DNA of 64,000 bases, taken from NCBI GenBank assembly GCA_001600695.1, contig BCKQ01000004.1:209708-273707 (forward strand), given 5' to 3'. A program made the position numbers and the translations under genes. The DNA comes from Ascoidea asiatica JCM 7603 (taxonomy: Eukaryota; Fungi; Ascomycota). Shown piece by piece: positions 34,546 to 48,314 of this stretch. The first letter of the stretch is position 1. The number at the start of each line of letters is the position of its first letter. Below the pieces are notes generated by a model. It made no database searches, was not told the DNA's origin, and saw only the letters and a program-made list of their open reading frames with translations.

Positions 34546-36531
34546 GTTTAAAAATCTATTATTCTCAAATTTTAATCTATAACAATTTCCTAAATTTAAT
34601 TTATTCAAATATTTTCCATTATTCTTTAAAAAATTATTTAATGATTTAAAATTTATTGAACTACCATATAAATTTAAATATCTTAATCTATTAAAACTTT
34701 TATCTTTATCAAAATATTCACAAATCTCATTATTCACTTCATTACTTACTTCATTTCCATTATTTATAATATTATTATTCTCTTTAATAACTAATTCTTC
34801 TAATTTAAATATAAATTTCTTATTTCCATTTCCATTTTCATTTCCATTTTCATTTCCATTTTCATTTCCATTTTCATCTCTATCCTCTTCATTTTCTTTT
34901 AATAATTTTAAACTATTTAAAATATTTAAAAAATTTATACCTTTACAATTCTCAATATTTAAAATTTTTAAATTTTTAAAATTTATTAATTTTAAAAAAA
35001 ATTCATTTCTATAAATTTTAATAAAATTTAAATTTATTCCATTTAAATAAAATTCTTTTAAATTTGGTATTTCAATTTCTTTATTCTCAATTAATAATTT
35101 AAATGGTATTAAATTATTAAAATATTTATATCCTTCAATTTCATAAATTCCATAAATTCCTAAAATTTTTAAATTTTTATATACTTTTCTTATATTTTTA
35201 TTATTATTATAATATTTTAAACATTCATGTTTATAAACATCTTCTAATTTAATTTCTTTATTCTCATTCATTATTATAATCTTTAAACTTTCAAGATTTG
35301 GAAATATTTTTAAAAATTTTTCTTCAATTAATGGTATTAAATTTATTTTAATTTTTAAAAATCTTAAATTTAAAAAAAACTCATTATTATCATTATATTT
35401 TAAAATTTCAAAAAATTTAAATAAATTAATTTCAATTAAAATCATTTCAATTTCTTTAATACTTATATTCCTATTCATAAATTTTTTAAAAATTAAATTT
35501 TTTAAAATTAAAATTTCTTCATTATTTTTAATTCTATTGAATTTCATTAATTCAAGATTAATTCCATTTGGAATTTTTCTAATAAATCTAATAAAATTTA
35601 TAAATTCTTTAAAATTTAAATTTTTCTTAAATTCAATTTTTTTAAATATTGATGAAATTTTTAAAATTTTAAAATTCCATAATTTTGATATATTTAAACA
35701 ATTTAAAATTATAAATTTATAATCAATTTCTTTAAATATTATTTCAATAATCTCATTTGGTAATCTAATCATTGGATCCATTGATTTATTCATACAATCA
35801 TTAATCTCTTTTAATGTTATCAATGATTTTTCTATTCTTCTTTGTTTTATTTTATCATTATTAATATATTCAATTAAATTTGATTGATATTTTCTTTTAC
35901 TATTACTATTATTATTATTACTATTACTATTACTATTACTATTACTATTTATTATACCTTTTAATTTTAAATCATGATCTTTTTTTTCTTCTTTAATTTT
36001 TAAAAATAATAAATTTTTTTGTTCAATTAATGTTTTAAAATAATTTTCATTAACCTCAATATCATATTTTTTTTTATAAAATTCAATTTTTTTTATACCA
36101 TTTGTAAAAATTTGATATGCTTTAATATTATTATTTAATAATTTTAACATTTTACCACATTTTAAATATCCTCTACAACTAAATGGTTCAATTTCAATCA
36201 TTTTTAATGAATCTATATATGCTTTATCAAAATATTTTAATTTTTCATAAATTGAAGATTTAAAATAATATAATGTTAATAATTTTGGATGAACTAAATC
36301 TCCAAAATCAGGTGTTGCTTTTAATCCATTATTAATTCTTATTGAAATTATAATTTCTTGTGGTAATGTTTTAATTAAATTTATAGCATTTGAGAAATTT
36401 TTCAATGATTCTCTATAATTTTCTTTTTTAAAATTTTCTTTACCTTTTATAATCAAATTATTAATTAATAAATTATTTTTATCATGTAATGATAATTTTT
36501 TCTCATCTTCTATATTTAGTTTCAATGACAT
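33949..36531 (-). CDS. DIA2: TPR/F-box/LRR protein Dia2 (SCF substrate adaptor)
   Basis: N-terminal TPRs (GKENFKKENYRESL...MIEIEPFSCRGYLKCGKML), F-box DPMIRLPNEIIEIIF...ISKLW, LRRs (LRVLNLSNNNIS). Confidence 0.82.
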
Positions 36532-36735
36532 TTATATTATTACTTGAGCTGAATTGAATTGAGTTGAATTGAATTGAGTTGAATTGAGTTGAATTGAACT
36601 AAATTGAATTGAATTGACCATTTATAAATGAAATTAAAGGATATAAGCAAAAAATATAATTGAAATATATTTAAAGAATGTGTAACAGTTTTATATTCTA
36701 ATTTTTTGCATTGTTTTTTATTATTATTCCAAATT

Positions 36736-36913
36736 ACGCGTAATAAAATTAAAGTTTGGCGTTGTTAAAGAAGAGCCGTGATTCTGGCGTCAAAAAAAAT
36801 TTAGAAATACCACAAAACTGGCGTCAATTAAAGAAGTACCGTGATATTGGAGTCAATAAAAGAGCATCCGTTAAAGTGGCGTCAAACTACAGTACCCAGA
36901 TAATTGGTCTCAA
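36736..36913. promoter_or_regulatory. MCB element ACGCGT (36736) followed by a phased array of CCR-N6-TGGCGTCAA units
   Basis: TGG cores at 36757, 36785, 36819, 36848, 36877, 36905. Confidence 0.65.
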
Positions 36914-37277
36914 TATTTATTAGAGACCATTATTTGGGATCTTTTAATCATGTGATTTGTACCCCGTGACTGCTCTTTAAAATATTGATATTTTCTTTAA
37001 TCAATCACCAGAAAGTTAATCTTAATTAACGATAGTGAGAAAATAGTGTGAAAATAGTGTGAAAAGAGTGAAAACGATATAATTTCATTGATGATACTTC
37101 ATAATTGAAAGAAGGTATCTAAATCAGAAGATTGAAAAGTTTATAGATTTTAAACCTTGGAATTAAAGAAGCCAGAGAAGCTAAAAACCAAATAAAAAGG
37201 GTGAATTATATATTTAGAAATATTTCTTTTCTGAATATAAATATAAACGATCTTTTTTTTTTTTTTCAGGTAGTCAA

Positions 37278-38171
37278 ATGAGTTCTTTCACATCTTTAAA
37301 AAATGTGTTTCAAATGAAAAGTACATTAATTCCATCAATGATTTCACCATTGATTCCAACAATAAGATCATCTTCCTTTTTATTTTCAATAGGAACTAGA
37401 ACTTTCACATCAACAAATATTTCACAAGGTAAAAAAGCTCAAGCTCGTTTATTAAAATCAAGAAGAAAAGCAGAAATAAATAAATTAAAACGTCATAAAT
37501 TTGCAAAATCTGGTGATAGAACAGATCCTGTTTTAGGTAAATCAAATAATAGATTTGTTAATAGAATTACAGCTGCTGTTCAAGAACCTTATATTTTATC
37601 TCATGGTTATGAAAAAGATGATGTTGATAAATTACTTTATGGGGTTGAAGAATATTTATTAGGTGTTAATAATGCTTCTGGTATTCAAGGTCTTATTTCA
37701 CAAGAAGAATCATCAAAAAGAGAAATTGTTTCAAGAATTTTAAATATTAAAAATTCTTCTGAATTTGAAAAAAGAAAAATTGCAATTAAACTTGCAAGAG
37801 AAGAATTCCAAAGATTTCCTGGTGATACAGGTTCAAGTGAAGTTCAAGCTGCTATAATGTCAATAAAAATTAATTATTTATTTAATCATATCAAAGAACA
37901 TAAAAAAGATTTTGCAAATATAAGAAAATTAAGAATGTTAGTACAACAAAGACAATCAATATTAAAATATTTAAAAAAAGATAATCCAAAAAAATATTTT
38001 TGGGCTATAGCTAAACTTGGTTTAACAGATATTGCTGTAACAAAAGAATTCAATATGGATAAACAATATATGCAAGATTTCAAAGTTTATGGTGATAGAA
38101 TCTTAGTTAGAGAAAGTAAAAAAGTTACAGCTATGAAACGTAAAGAAGCTCGTAAACAGAAAAAACTTTGA
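37278..38171 (+). CDS. MRPS28: Mitochondrial ribosomal protein uS15m
   Basis: S15 signature FQRFPGDTGSSEVQAA...HKKD...RKLRMLVQQRQSILKYL; presequence. Confidence 0.93.
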   Translation: MSSFTSLKNVFQMKSTLIPSMISPLIPTIRSSSFLFSIGTRTFTSTNISQGKKAQARLLKSRRKAEINKLKRHKFAKSGDRTDPVLGKSNNRFVNRITAAVQEPYILSHGYEKDDVDKLLYGVEEYLLGVNNASGIQGLISQEESSKREIVSRILNIKNSSEFEKRKIAIKLAREEFQRFPGDTGSSEVQAAIMSIKINYLFNHIKEHKKDFANIRKLRMLVQQRQSILKYLKKDNPKKYFWAIAKLGLTDIAVTKEFNMDKQYMQDFKVYGDRILVRESKKVTAMKRKEARKQKKL

Positions 38172-38330
38172 ATAAATTTATTATAATCATAAATACCTTC
38201 AACTTTACATTACTTCTTCCATAGTTAAATACTTGTATATATAAAAATAATTTATAGATAAATTTATTTCCAATCCGGAGAATACTGGATTGAAGAGCTA
38301 AATTACTTTTCCATTCCTTCTACGGAAGTT

Positions 38331-38910
38331 GTTTTGTGTTTTGTGTTTTATGTTTTGTGTTTGATGCTCTGCGTTCTGCGTTCTGCGTTCTGCGTTCTTA
38401 CTTCTATTTTGCGTTGCATTATAAACTATTTGCGCTTTAGTTTCGCCAATTGGTTTTGTGTTATGCTTTTGCGTTAAGCTTATAGATTTTGTGTTTCGCA
38501 GAAGAACCGCAATTGAGCAGCTTTTTATTTCGGCGTTACTATTTTTGTGGTATACATTTTGCGTTATACGTTTTCTATCATGCATTTTGCTTTTAGCTTT
38601 CCGCGATGGGCGGAATGCGTTTTTAATTTATTTATGCGTTCTTAATTTTGCGCGTTTCTCTTATTGTTCGAAGTTCAGCGTTGGTCATATGAAGCTCCGC
38701 ATTTCGCACACATAGTTTTGGAGATCAATCATTATGTGTTTTGTTCTTGTTTTGCGTTTGGTTTGCAATTCTAATTCTGCGTTTACATTTGCGGGATGCG
38801 TTTTGCGTTACGCGTCTTTAGCATGCGCATTCAGTATTGCGTTGTTAAATGTGCGCTCTATATTTTGCGTTATTCATTCCATTTTTTCCCGCGGTCTGGG
38901 TTTTGCGTAT
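38331..38910 (-). promoter_or_regulatory. Homotypic cluster of about 16 CRCAAA (MSE-like) motifs plus (TCTGCGT)4 repeat upstream of ERG11
   Basis: TTTGYG counted 16 times on the + strand; none seen in the opposite orientation. Confidence 0.65.
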
Positions 38911-38912
38911 AC

Positions 38913-38943
38913 TCGTATGGAGGTGTGGCTGGGTTGGATACGA
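38913..38943. promoter_or_regulatory. Inverted pair of Upc2 SRE-like cores (TCGTAT 38913, ATACGA 38938)
   Basis: 6/7 match to TCGTATA, 230-260 bp upstream of ERG11. Confidence 0.5.
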
Positions 38944-39112
38944 GAAGAATACGTACGATTTGATATCGGTCTTTACTAATTGGAGCTTTATCTGCTGATT
39001 CTGAAATTTATTAACGATTTCCTTCTTTTAATATTTTATTTTCATATCTTTATTTCTTATTTTTTTTCTTTACTTTTTATAAAAAAAAAATAAAAGAATT
39101 CTAATCAATTGA

Positions 39113-40774
<1,662 letters not shown>

Positions 40775-41217
40775 TAAATAAAATTTCAACACATTTATTC
40801 ATTTTTTAAATATTCTGTCATTCCCAATTATATAACAATAAAACATATATTCATCGTGTAAAATACTTTTCTAAATCCAATATGGTTCTATTATCATTTT
40901 TGATAATTGATATTATAAAATGATTTGAATATCTGATTTTATATAATTATTGTAGTTCAACCATAGGTAACATTATAAAAATCCGAAAGTTTACCGTAAA
41001 TGCTTAACTTTCTCTGCAAATAGCCAATCACTTTATTCCAGTCGCAAAAGGCTAATTTTACAACAAACAATAACAAAGCCAAAATTCACGAGTGATTCAA
41101 AGTTTGTAGAGAACAAGAAGAATAAAAATAAGAATATCATTTAAAACAGAATAAAACAATTGACAAAGAGAAGTTGTCATTAAAGAGTTATTATATTCTC
41201 TTATTCATATATTAACA

Positions 41218-41899
41218 ATGAGTGGCATTGGAATCAAACTTTTTTCTGTTTTGTTGAGGCAAATATCCAAGCCTATGGCAGTAAGTTTAAAATCTGATTG
41301 TTTTTTTTTGTTATATAATATATAGAAGAGAATATTTTATACTAATAACTTTGAAATTGTGGTTAATATAGAATAATTTAAAAGCAGCAGCTTTTAAAAG
41401 TGATAAATTCAAAAGAGTTTGTATAAGCATTGCTCAAAAAGTTCATTCAACAGACGTTAAATTAAGAATGAGATTATTAGGAGAAAAACATAGAGTTGAT
41501 ATGACACCAAGTAAAATAAGACCATTAAATGAAGCAAAAGCTCTTGAGAATGCAGCCTATTTTCTTTCAGAAGGATTTGTATTTAGTGTTGCAGGATCAA
41601 TAATTTTATTTGAAGGATATAGATCAAGAATGAAAGAATTAGATAGAAGAGAAAATATTTCCGATGATATAAAAGCACTTCAAGATGAAATAAATTATAT
41701 TAAGAATAAATTAGATGAATATAATGTTAAATTAGATGATTATAAATTACCTGAAGAATTAAGACCTGCAATATTGAAATTTAATGATATCAAACTTGAA
41801 GAAGTTAGAGATAAAAATAAAATTGATAAAGAAATGAAAATTGATAAAGATGAAAATAAGAATGATAAAGCAATATTAGTATCAAAGAAAGTAAATTGA
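41218..41899 (+). CDS. OPA3-family mitochondrial protein; join(41218..41280, 41372..41899), about 196 aa
   Basis: Spliced N-terminus MSGIGIKLFSVLLRQISKPMA-NNLKAAA...FKRVCISIAQ, then IRPLNEAKALENAAYFLSEGFVFSVAG and a coiled coil. Confidence 0.85.
41281..41371 (+). other. Spliceosomal intron (91 nt)
   Basis: GTAAGT...TACTAAT...TAG; phase 0, joins in frame. Confidence 0.88.
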
Positions 41900-42278
41900 A
41901 TGAATGAATCAGTGAGGTATTAGAATAAATGGATCAGCTTATGAGTTTAGATTGAATTCGAAATTCAATTTAAAGTCAACGATAATAATGTAAATTGATA
42001 CTTTTTTTTTTTAACTAAAAAAAAAAGTTAAAATAGTAATTAATGTAAATAATTAAAAGTTAGAGAAAGCAAAGGCAAAAAAATGTGTATTTTTGAAATT
42101 TATAAAATGAGATAAGATTATTAAATTATAGAGTTATAGAATTTAGAGTTTTTGAAATAAAAGAAAATAAAAGAAAATAAAAGAGAATGAATTAGAATAG
42201 AATGAATATAAACAAAGAGAATCGAAAATTAAAACGTAAAAAGTGAAACATAATATATACAATTTTTTTTTTTTCCAT

Positions 42279-43280
42279 CTATAAAACAAAGATATTTTCA
42301 TCATTTAAACCATAATCTAATAAAGAAGTTTTTACAAGATTATTAAAATCCTTTGGACCAGCAATTAATAATTTTATATTATTTTTTGAAAAATCATTTA
42401 AATATTGATCTAATAAAGGTTTAATAGTTGAATAATTAAATAAACCGATAGAATAATTAACATTTAAATTATTTCTTAAATTTTGTACATGATCAATTTC
42501 AGATTTTAAATATATATCTTTTTCAGAATTTGAGAAAGTAATTAAAGATAAATTTAAAGATATTGGAGATTCTAATATTACTCTTAACATTGGAGTTATT
42601 CCAGAACCACCAGAAATCATTAATAAATGACTTTTTTCAATAAAATCAGCATTATCAAAAACGGAAGGTAAGAAATTTGAAGGTAATCTACCAACAGGAC
42701 CTTTAAAATGAACCATTTGATGAATTGGTAAAGAAGCAAAAGTTCTTGAAACTGAACCTTGAGGATAAGATTTTATTAACAAATCAAATTTACCCTTTTC
42801 ATATTTTGAAGATATTGGAGTATAATAACGTATAACTTCTTCAGTTTCTAAATTTGAAATTTTGCTAAAAATTATATCCTTTTCAGATTCATTTGCTTTG
42901 ATTAATTGATTTTGTAAACTTATGAAAGTTGAATTATCTTTTGGTAATAACATTTTACATGCTAAATGATGACCCAAAGGAATTTTTATAGACTCATTTT
43001 TATTATGTAATTTAAATTTATAGATAGCAGTATCTTTTGTAATTATAGTTTTTTCAATTAATTCGAACTTTCTGAAGACTTTTGAAGATAAAGATTCATC
43101 TTTTTTGAAATAAATTTTTAAAAATCTATAAGATAAAAGAGCAAGAACTAAAGATACACCTCCTGCAAATACTTTTAGATCATATGACAAAGCAGAACCA
43201 AAAAGAATAAAAAAAGAAGGTATGAATATTCCATGAAGAGGAGTATTTTCCACTTTATCTCTTTTTCCAAGACTGCTCAT
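42279..43280 (-). CDS. PGA3: NADH-cytochrome b5 reductase-like protein (Pga3/Aim33 type)
   Basis: N-terminal PLHGIFIP plus TM segments; FAD motif RYYTPIS, IKSYPQG, NAD motif GGSGITPM. Confidence 0.75.
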   Translation of the reverse strand: MSSLGKRDKVENTPLHGIFIPSFFILFGSALSYDLKVFAGGVSLVLALLSYRFLKIYFKKDESLSSKVFRKFELIEKTIITKDTAIYKFKLHNKNESIKIPLGHHLACKMLLPKDNSTFISLQNQLIKANESEKDIIFSKISNLETEEVIRYYTPISSKYEKGKFDLLIKSYPQGSVSRTFASLPIHQMVHFKGPVGRLPSNFLPSVFDNADFIEKSHLLMISGGSGITPMLRVILESPISLNLSLITFSNSEKDIYLKSEIDHVQNLRNNLNVNYSIGLFNYSTIKPLLDQYLNDFSKNNIKLLIAGPKDFNNLVKTSLLDYGLNDENIFVL

Positions 43281-43787
43281 CTTTGTTAGATTGTAGTTAT
43301 GATTATGAGTATGATTATGACTGATATTATTGTCTATTGATTATTGAATATAAAGCACTGATGAAATAAACTAAACTAAGATAAACAAAGATAAACTAAA
43401 ATAAACTAGAATAGAGCGTACTTATACCAATTCTAAAAGCATTTCAAAACATCCGTGAAAAAGTCTGCTCGTTTCCAGAGCGTGTTTTAGAATCCACGGC
43501 GAGAGAAGTGCAGCGGATGCAAATCTGGCGCTGTTTGAGTGGCCAAAGCGAAAGAGAAAAGAAGGTCCAAGGAAGAAGATATAAAAGAAGCTACAAGATA
43601 GAAGAGAAAAAAGAGGAAGAAGAAAGTATAAATACACATCAAAGATACTCCAATTGAAGAGGTGCCAGTCTAGTTAGAGTATTCTGGTTTTGCTTCATTT
43701 CCGATTGATACTTTCTCTGTTTGCTGAAAAAGAAGAAATTGCTAGTCTGGGATTTGTTTTTTTCATTCAATCCATCATCTACAGAAG

Positions 43788-46373
43788 ATGTCTTTTAGGA
43801 ATAAAAATGTTGCAAATGTTGCAAATACTCCCATGAAAGATAAAATAAGAGTCTGGATCAAGAGAAATAATGAATCTCCAACTTCGGTTTTGATAGATCA
43901 ATATGCTTTGATAGATGATTTGAAATTTCTCATAATTCAAAGATTTCCAAATACTTTAGGTAGAAATTGTGATACTTCGCAATTGAATATATATTACAAT
44001 TCAAATCTAATCAATCAATCTCAAGCTCAATCACCATCTCAATCTCAGTTTCATAGTCATAATCAAGATAATACTCCTGAGAATTATTTTAATACTCTTT
44101 CTTCAAGTACAACAATTCCAAATACCACTACTTCTAATACTATTAATCAATTACCACATAAGCCTGAATCACGTAGATCTTCAACGTTTTTATCAAAAAT
44201 TTCAAGTCATTTAACTTTTCATTCAAAATTAAATAATTTATTATCATCTGATTTACAATTATTATCTCCGGATACAAATATTTTTAATTTTATCAAAGAA
44301 AATTTCTCTTTTCAAATGCAACCCAAAGATGCTTTCATAATTACAATTTCTCCTTCATCTACTTCATCTTCTTCAACAACTCAATTTGATAATAAATCTT
44401 CTTATTTTTCAACTTCAAATATTGAAAATGATAAATATGATAAACCTGATATAAATAGTATAAGTAATATAAATATCATAAATAATAAATTTGATAAAAA
44501 TGATCAAAATTTATTAAAACCAAATTTTAGTTTCAAAAATCAGCAATCAAATAATTCTCAAAGATCTTCTGTAATTATATCAAATGACTCTTCATTATTT
44601 CATTCAAATTCTTTAGATCAAAAAGATACTTCATTATTATCTCAGTCAATTGAAACTCCTTTAAAAAAATCAAAATCTTTATTAAGAAGTAGAAATAAAT
44701 TTAAAAAAGATAAAAATAAAGAAAAAGAAGATAAAGAAGATAAAGATAAAAATAGAGAAATTGAAAGAGATAAAGAAAAGGAGAGAGAAAAAGAAATACA
44801 AAAACAAAATGAGATACAAAATGAAAAGGATAAAGAAAGAGAAAGAGAAAGAGAGAAACGAAAACATAGAAATTCATTCCATGAGAAAATTGTAAAATTT
44901 GATTCTCCAAATAATTTTTTATTAACTTCTGATAAAAAAAGCAATAAAAACCTAAACAAATTTAAAGAATTATCTACTGAATTTAAAAAAATCAAAGAAA
45001 TCAAGTTTGATAAAAATAATACTAATAAAGAACCCTCTAATTCAATTTCAAAAAATGATGAAAAATTAAAAAATTTTGCAAATAATGATTTATCTTTACA
45101 ATCATGTATTTCCAATCGTTCCTCTGTTACCTCTAATGAAAATTCATTAACAAAGACTCAATCTTCAAATACTATAATTTCTTCTTCTTCAATAAATAAT
45201 CCTCCAAATAATAATAATCAATCAATTAATAAACTTTCAAGAATATCAACTAATAGTTCAACAATAAAAAAAAGGCCAAGAGTTAAAACAAGAGGTTCAA
45301 TAGTTGATACATATCCTTCTTTTCATTCTCCAACTGATTATCATTTAAGAACAATGAGTGTTGATGAAAATCTGGATAGAAATCACTCTTCTCCAATTTC
45401 TTATCATCATTCAAAAAATCTGTCAAGTCCTTCTATAGCCTTGGGTTCTAGACCGAACTTAAGATTTAAAAAAAACTCAATAAGTAGTACTCATTCAAAT
45501 AATACAGGAAATTCTGACTTTTTAATTAATTCAAATCCAATAAATCCAAATCCAAATCCAAATAAACCAATTTCTTTGAATAATTCTTCTGAAAAACTGT
45601 CAACAACAGATGTAACAGTTATTCCATCTACTTCTTCATCATTAGAACAAAAATCTAGTCATGAAGGAAAGTTAAAAAAAAATTATAAAATTTCTATTAA
45701 TAAACCATTTAAAAAAGTTTATTTTTATAATCCTGCTGTAAAAGTTGTTCCAAGAATGAAAGTTTTATTAGTTGAAGATAATATTGTTAATATGACTATT
45801 CTTAGAAAGTATTTCGAAGCAAATGAAATACCTCATCAATTTGTTTCTAATGGTAGAGAAGCTGTTCATGAATTTCGAAAAGGTGGTTATCAAATAATTT
45901 TTATGGATTTACAATTACCTAAAATTAGTGGGGTTTCTGCAACCAAAAGAATTAGAAGATTAGAAGAACTTAATGGTATAACATATCTTTCAAAAAATAA
46001 ATTCAATGAACAACAAAAAGAGAAACAAAAACAAAAAGAAGGAAAAAAAGAGGAAAAAAGTACAAGTAAAGTTAAAACAAAATCAGGTAAAGAAAAAGCC
46101 GATTTTTATAAATTAGATAAATCTAAATTTCATAGCCCAGTTGTTATTGTTGCTCTTACGGCTAATTCAAGTACAGATGATAGAAAAGAGGCATTAAATG
46201 CAGGATGTAATGATTATCTATTAAAACCAGTAAATTTTCAATGGCTAACAAATAAATTAGTTGAATGGGGTTGTATGCAAAGTTTAATAAATTTTGATAG
46301 TTGGAAAGATGAAGATTCTAATGGTAGAATATGTTTTAATACACCAGTATTTCAAATTGGTAATAAAAGGTAA
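43788..46373 (+). CDS. SSK1: Two-component response regulator Ssk1 (HOG pathway)
   Basis: RVWIKR...IDDLK...RFPNTL N-domain; receiver VLLVEDN...IFMDLQLP...IVALTA...GCNDYLLKP...EWGCMQSLINF. Confidence 0.93.
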   Translation: MSFRNKNVANVANTPMKDKIRVWIKRNNESPTSVLIDQYALIDDLKFLIIQRFPNTLGRNCDTSQLNIYYNSNLINQSQAQSPSQSQFHSHNQDNTPENYFNTLSSSTTIPNTTTSNTINQLPHKPESRRSSTFLSKISSHLTFHSKLNNLLSSDLQLLSPDTNIFNFIKENFSFQMQPKDAFIITISPSSTSSSSTTQFDNKSSYFSTSNIENDKYDKPDINSISNINIINNKFDKNDQNLLKPNFSFKNQQSNNSQRSSVIISNDSSLFHSNSLDQKDTSLLSQSIETPLKKSKSLLRSRNKFKKDKNKEKEDKEDKDKNREIERDKEKEREKEIQKQNEIQNEKDKEREREREKRKHRNSFHEKIVKFDSPNNFLLTSDKKSNKNLNKFKELSTEFKKIKEIKFDKNNTNKEPSNSISKNDEKLKNFANNDLSLQSCISNRSSVTSNENSLTKTQSSNTIISSSSINNPPNNNNQSINKLSRISTNSSTIKKRPRVKTRGSIVDTYPSFHSPTDYHLRTMSVDENLDRNHSSPISYHHSKNLSSPSIALGSRPNLRFKKNSISSTHSNNTGNSDFLINSNPINPNPNPNKPISLNNSSEKLSTTDVTVIPSTSSSLEQKSSHEGKLKKNYKISINKPFKKVYFYNPAVKVVPRMKVLLVEDNIVNMTILRKYFEANEIPHQFVSNGREAVHEFRKGGYQIIFMDLQLPKISGVSATKRIRRLEELNGITYLSKNKFNEQQKEKQKQKEGKKEEKSTSKVKTKSGKEKADFYKLDKSKFHSPVVIVALTANSSTDDRKEALNAGCNDYLLKPVNFQWLTNKLVEWGCMQSLINFDSWKDEDSNGRICFNTPVFQIGNKR

Positions 46374-46832
46374 AAGAATCCTCCTTTTTTTTTTTTTACT
46401 TCTCTTTTTCGTTTTATTTTAATGAAATTATAATATAATTTTCAAATAAATATTTATAGTCAATATATATCAGGTGTTGTGATGGCAGATAATAGATAAG
46501 ATAAAAGTAAATAATTTTTTCATGAAATATATATTTATATATTGTATCTGTATGGTGTATCTATTTATATACATAATATATAAATATAAATTTACCTGTT
46601 GATTTCAAAAAAGGAGTAAAATAAAACATAAAATTAAAGTCGAAATAAAAAATTAGCTAAAAAATTGTTCCCAAGATAAGTTAAGTGAAAGCCCCTATGT
46701 AATCGTTAGTAGAAAGTAATCATTAGTATAAAATCAAAACAAAAACAAAAAACAAATAAAACAAAAAAAACAAGTAAACAAAAATAAAAGGGTATAAAAG
46801 GTTATAAAAAGATATGAAAATTAAAAGAAGAG

Positions 46833-47858
46833 TTAAATTACACAATATAAACTTGCATAACTAACACTACTTTCATTTGGATTCATAACTTGAGAACTTT
46901 GAGAATAACCTATGAAATTGAAAAGATTATTTTTTTTACAATTTTCATAATTATCATAATCTTCATCATCTTCATCGCTATCATAATTTTCATCATTTAT
47001 AATATTTTCATTTTTATAGGATTGAATAGATAATAAAAGTAATTCAATTGGTTTTTGACCACAAATTGTATTACCAGTTTCTTCAATATAATTTTTCCAA
47101 AGAATTGGATTACCATTATTTAGGACTTTTATTGCAACATTATCAAGATATTGAATAGATTTATAAATTGGTAAAGAATAATTATTATAATTTTTTGAAG
47201 TAATATTTATAATATCATCAAGTGAATAATTTTTTAAATAAGTAATATAATTGAATCTTTTACCCCAATGACAAAAATCAGAACTTATAATAAAAGCAAA
47301 AGATTTATCATTTAAATAATTAGATAAAATTTTTGAAATTTTCATTAAGATATTATCAGATAAATGAGAAATCATTAATGGTATAATTTCAGGTAAATCT
47401 ATATTATTTTTTTTTGAAAATTTATAAATAAAAGGTAAATGTAATTCAAAAGAATGTTCATTTTTATCATCATTTGAATTCATTAATTCGAAATGATTTT
47501 TTGTTGAATTATTTTTAATTAAATTATTGATTAAGATTTTATCAGTTTTTAAATTACCAATTGGAGTATTATAATAATCATAATTTGTTGTTAAAATTTT
47601 ATCTTTAAAATAAATATGATGAGAAGGACCTAAAATAAAGATTTTTTTAATATTTTTTAAATCTAAAGTTGAATAAGATTGTGCTAAAACTTTACCAGAA
47701 TAATCATAACCAGCATGAGGACCAATAATACATCTTGCATTTTTAACTGAATTTTTAATATTTGCAGAATTTATAAAAAAATCTAGTTGAGAATTTAAAG
47801 AATCTTTTGAACCTGGATACCAAGTACCAGCATGAGTAGCAGGACGAGATAAAACCAT
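46833..47858 (-). CDS. MHO1: Memo-family protein
   Basis: RPATHAGTWY, PHAGY, LGPSHH, EHSFE, SSDFCHWG, NTICG, SSVSYAS. Confidence 0.95.
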   Translation of the reverse strand: MVLSRPATHAGTWYPGSKDSLNSQLDFFINSANIKNSVKNARCIIGPHAGYDYSGKVLAQSYSTLDLKNIKKIFILGPSHHIYFKDKILTTNYDYYNTPIGNLKTDKILINNLIKNNSTKNHFELMNSNDDKNEHSFELHLPFIYKFSKKNNIDLPEIIPLMISHLSDNILMKISKILSNYLNDKSFAFIISSDFCHWGKRFNYITYLKNYSLDDIINITSKNYNNYSLPIYKSIQYLDNVAIKVLNNGNPILWKNYIEETGNTICGQKPIELLLLSIQSYKNENIINDENYDSDEDDEDYDNYENCKKNNLFNFIGYSQSSQVMNPNESSVSYASLYCVI

Positions 47859-48314
47859 TTCTTTAACAAATAAGTTAATAAGATAAAAAAAGAAACTAAA
47901 TATAAAAAAAAAGGAGAATAAAAAGAGTAGAAAAATTTATATTATTTCGTAATGTTTATATGATTTGTAAGATTTAAAAGAAGCAAAAACAACAAAACAA
48001 GGAGAAACTTCGGTAAAAATAATTGTATTTTATTCTAATTTATTCTAATTTATTTTAAATCACCAGAAATTTCACCAGCGATAAGAAAAGAAGATAAGAA
48101 AATAAAAAGCCAGGTGATCAGCCCGGAAATCTGTCGGCTTTCAGCTGAATAAATTGCCTTTTTAATATAATTTTTGTGGTGGTGGCTTCAAACGTAAGTT
48201 TGTGTTTTTTGGGGGTGAGCGAGGTGATTTCAATTACTAGACTGGGTATGTAAAGCTAACGTTAGGGGTTATGTAATATTAGATACTACACTACTACAAT
48301 ATTTATTAGGATAT

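Noticed and set aside
36757-36913. Repeat-spacer periodicity reminiscent of a CRISPR array
   Set aside because: Eukaryotic context, a conserved core of only about 9 bp, related linkers and no cas genes.
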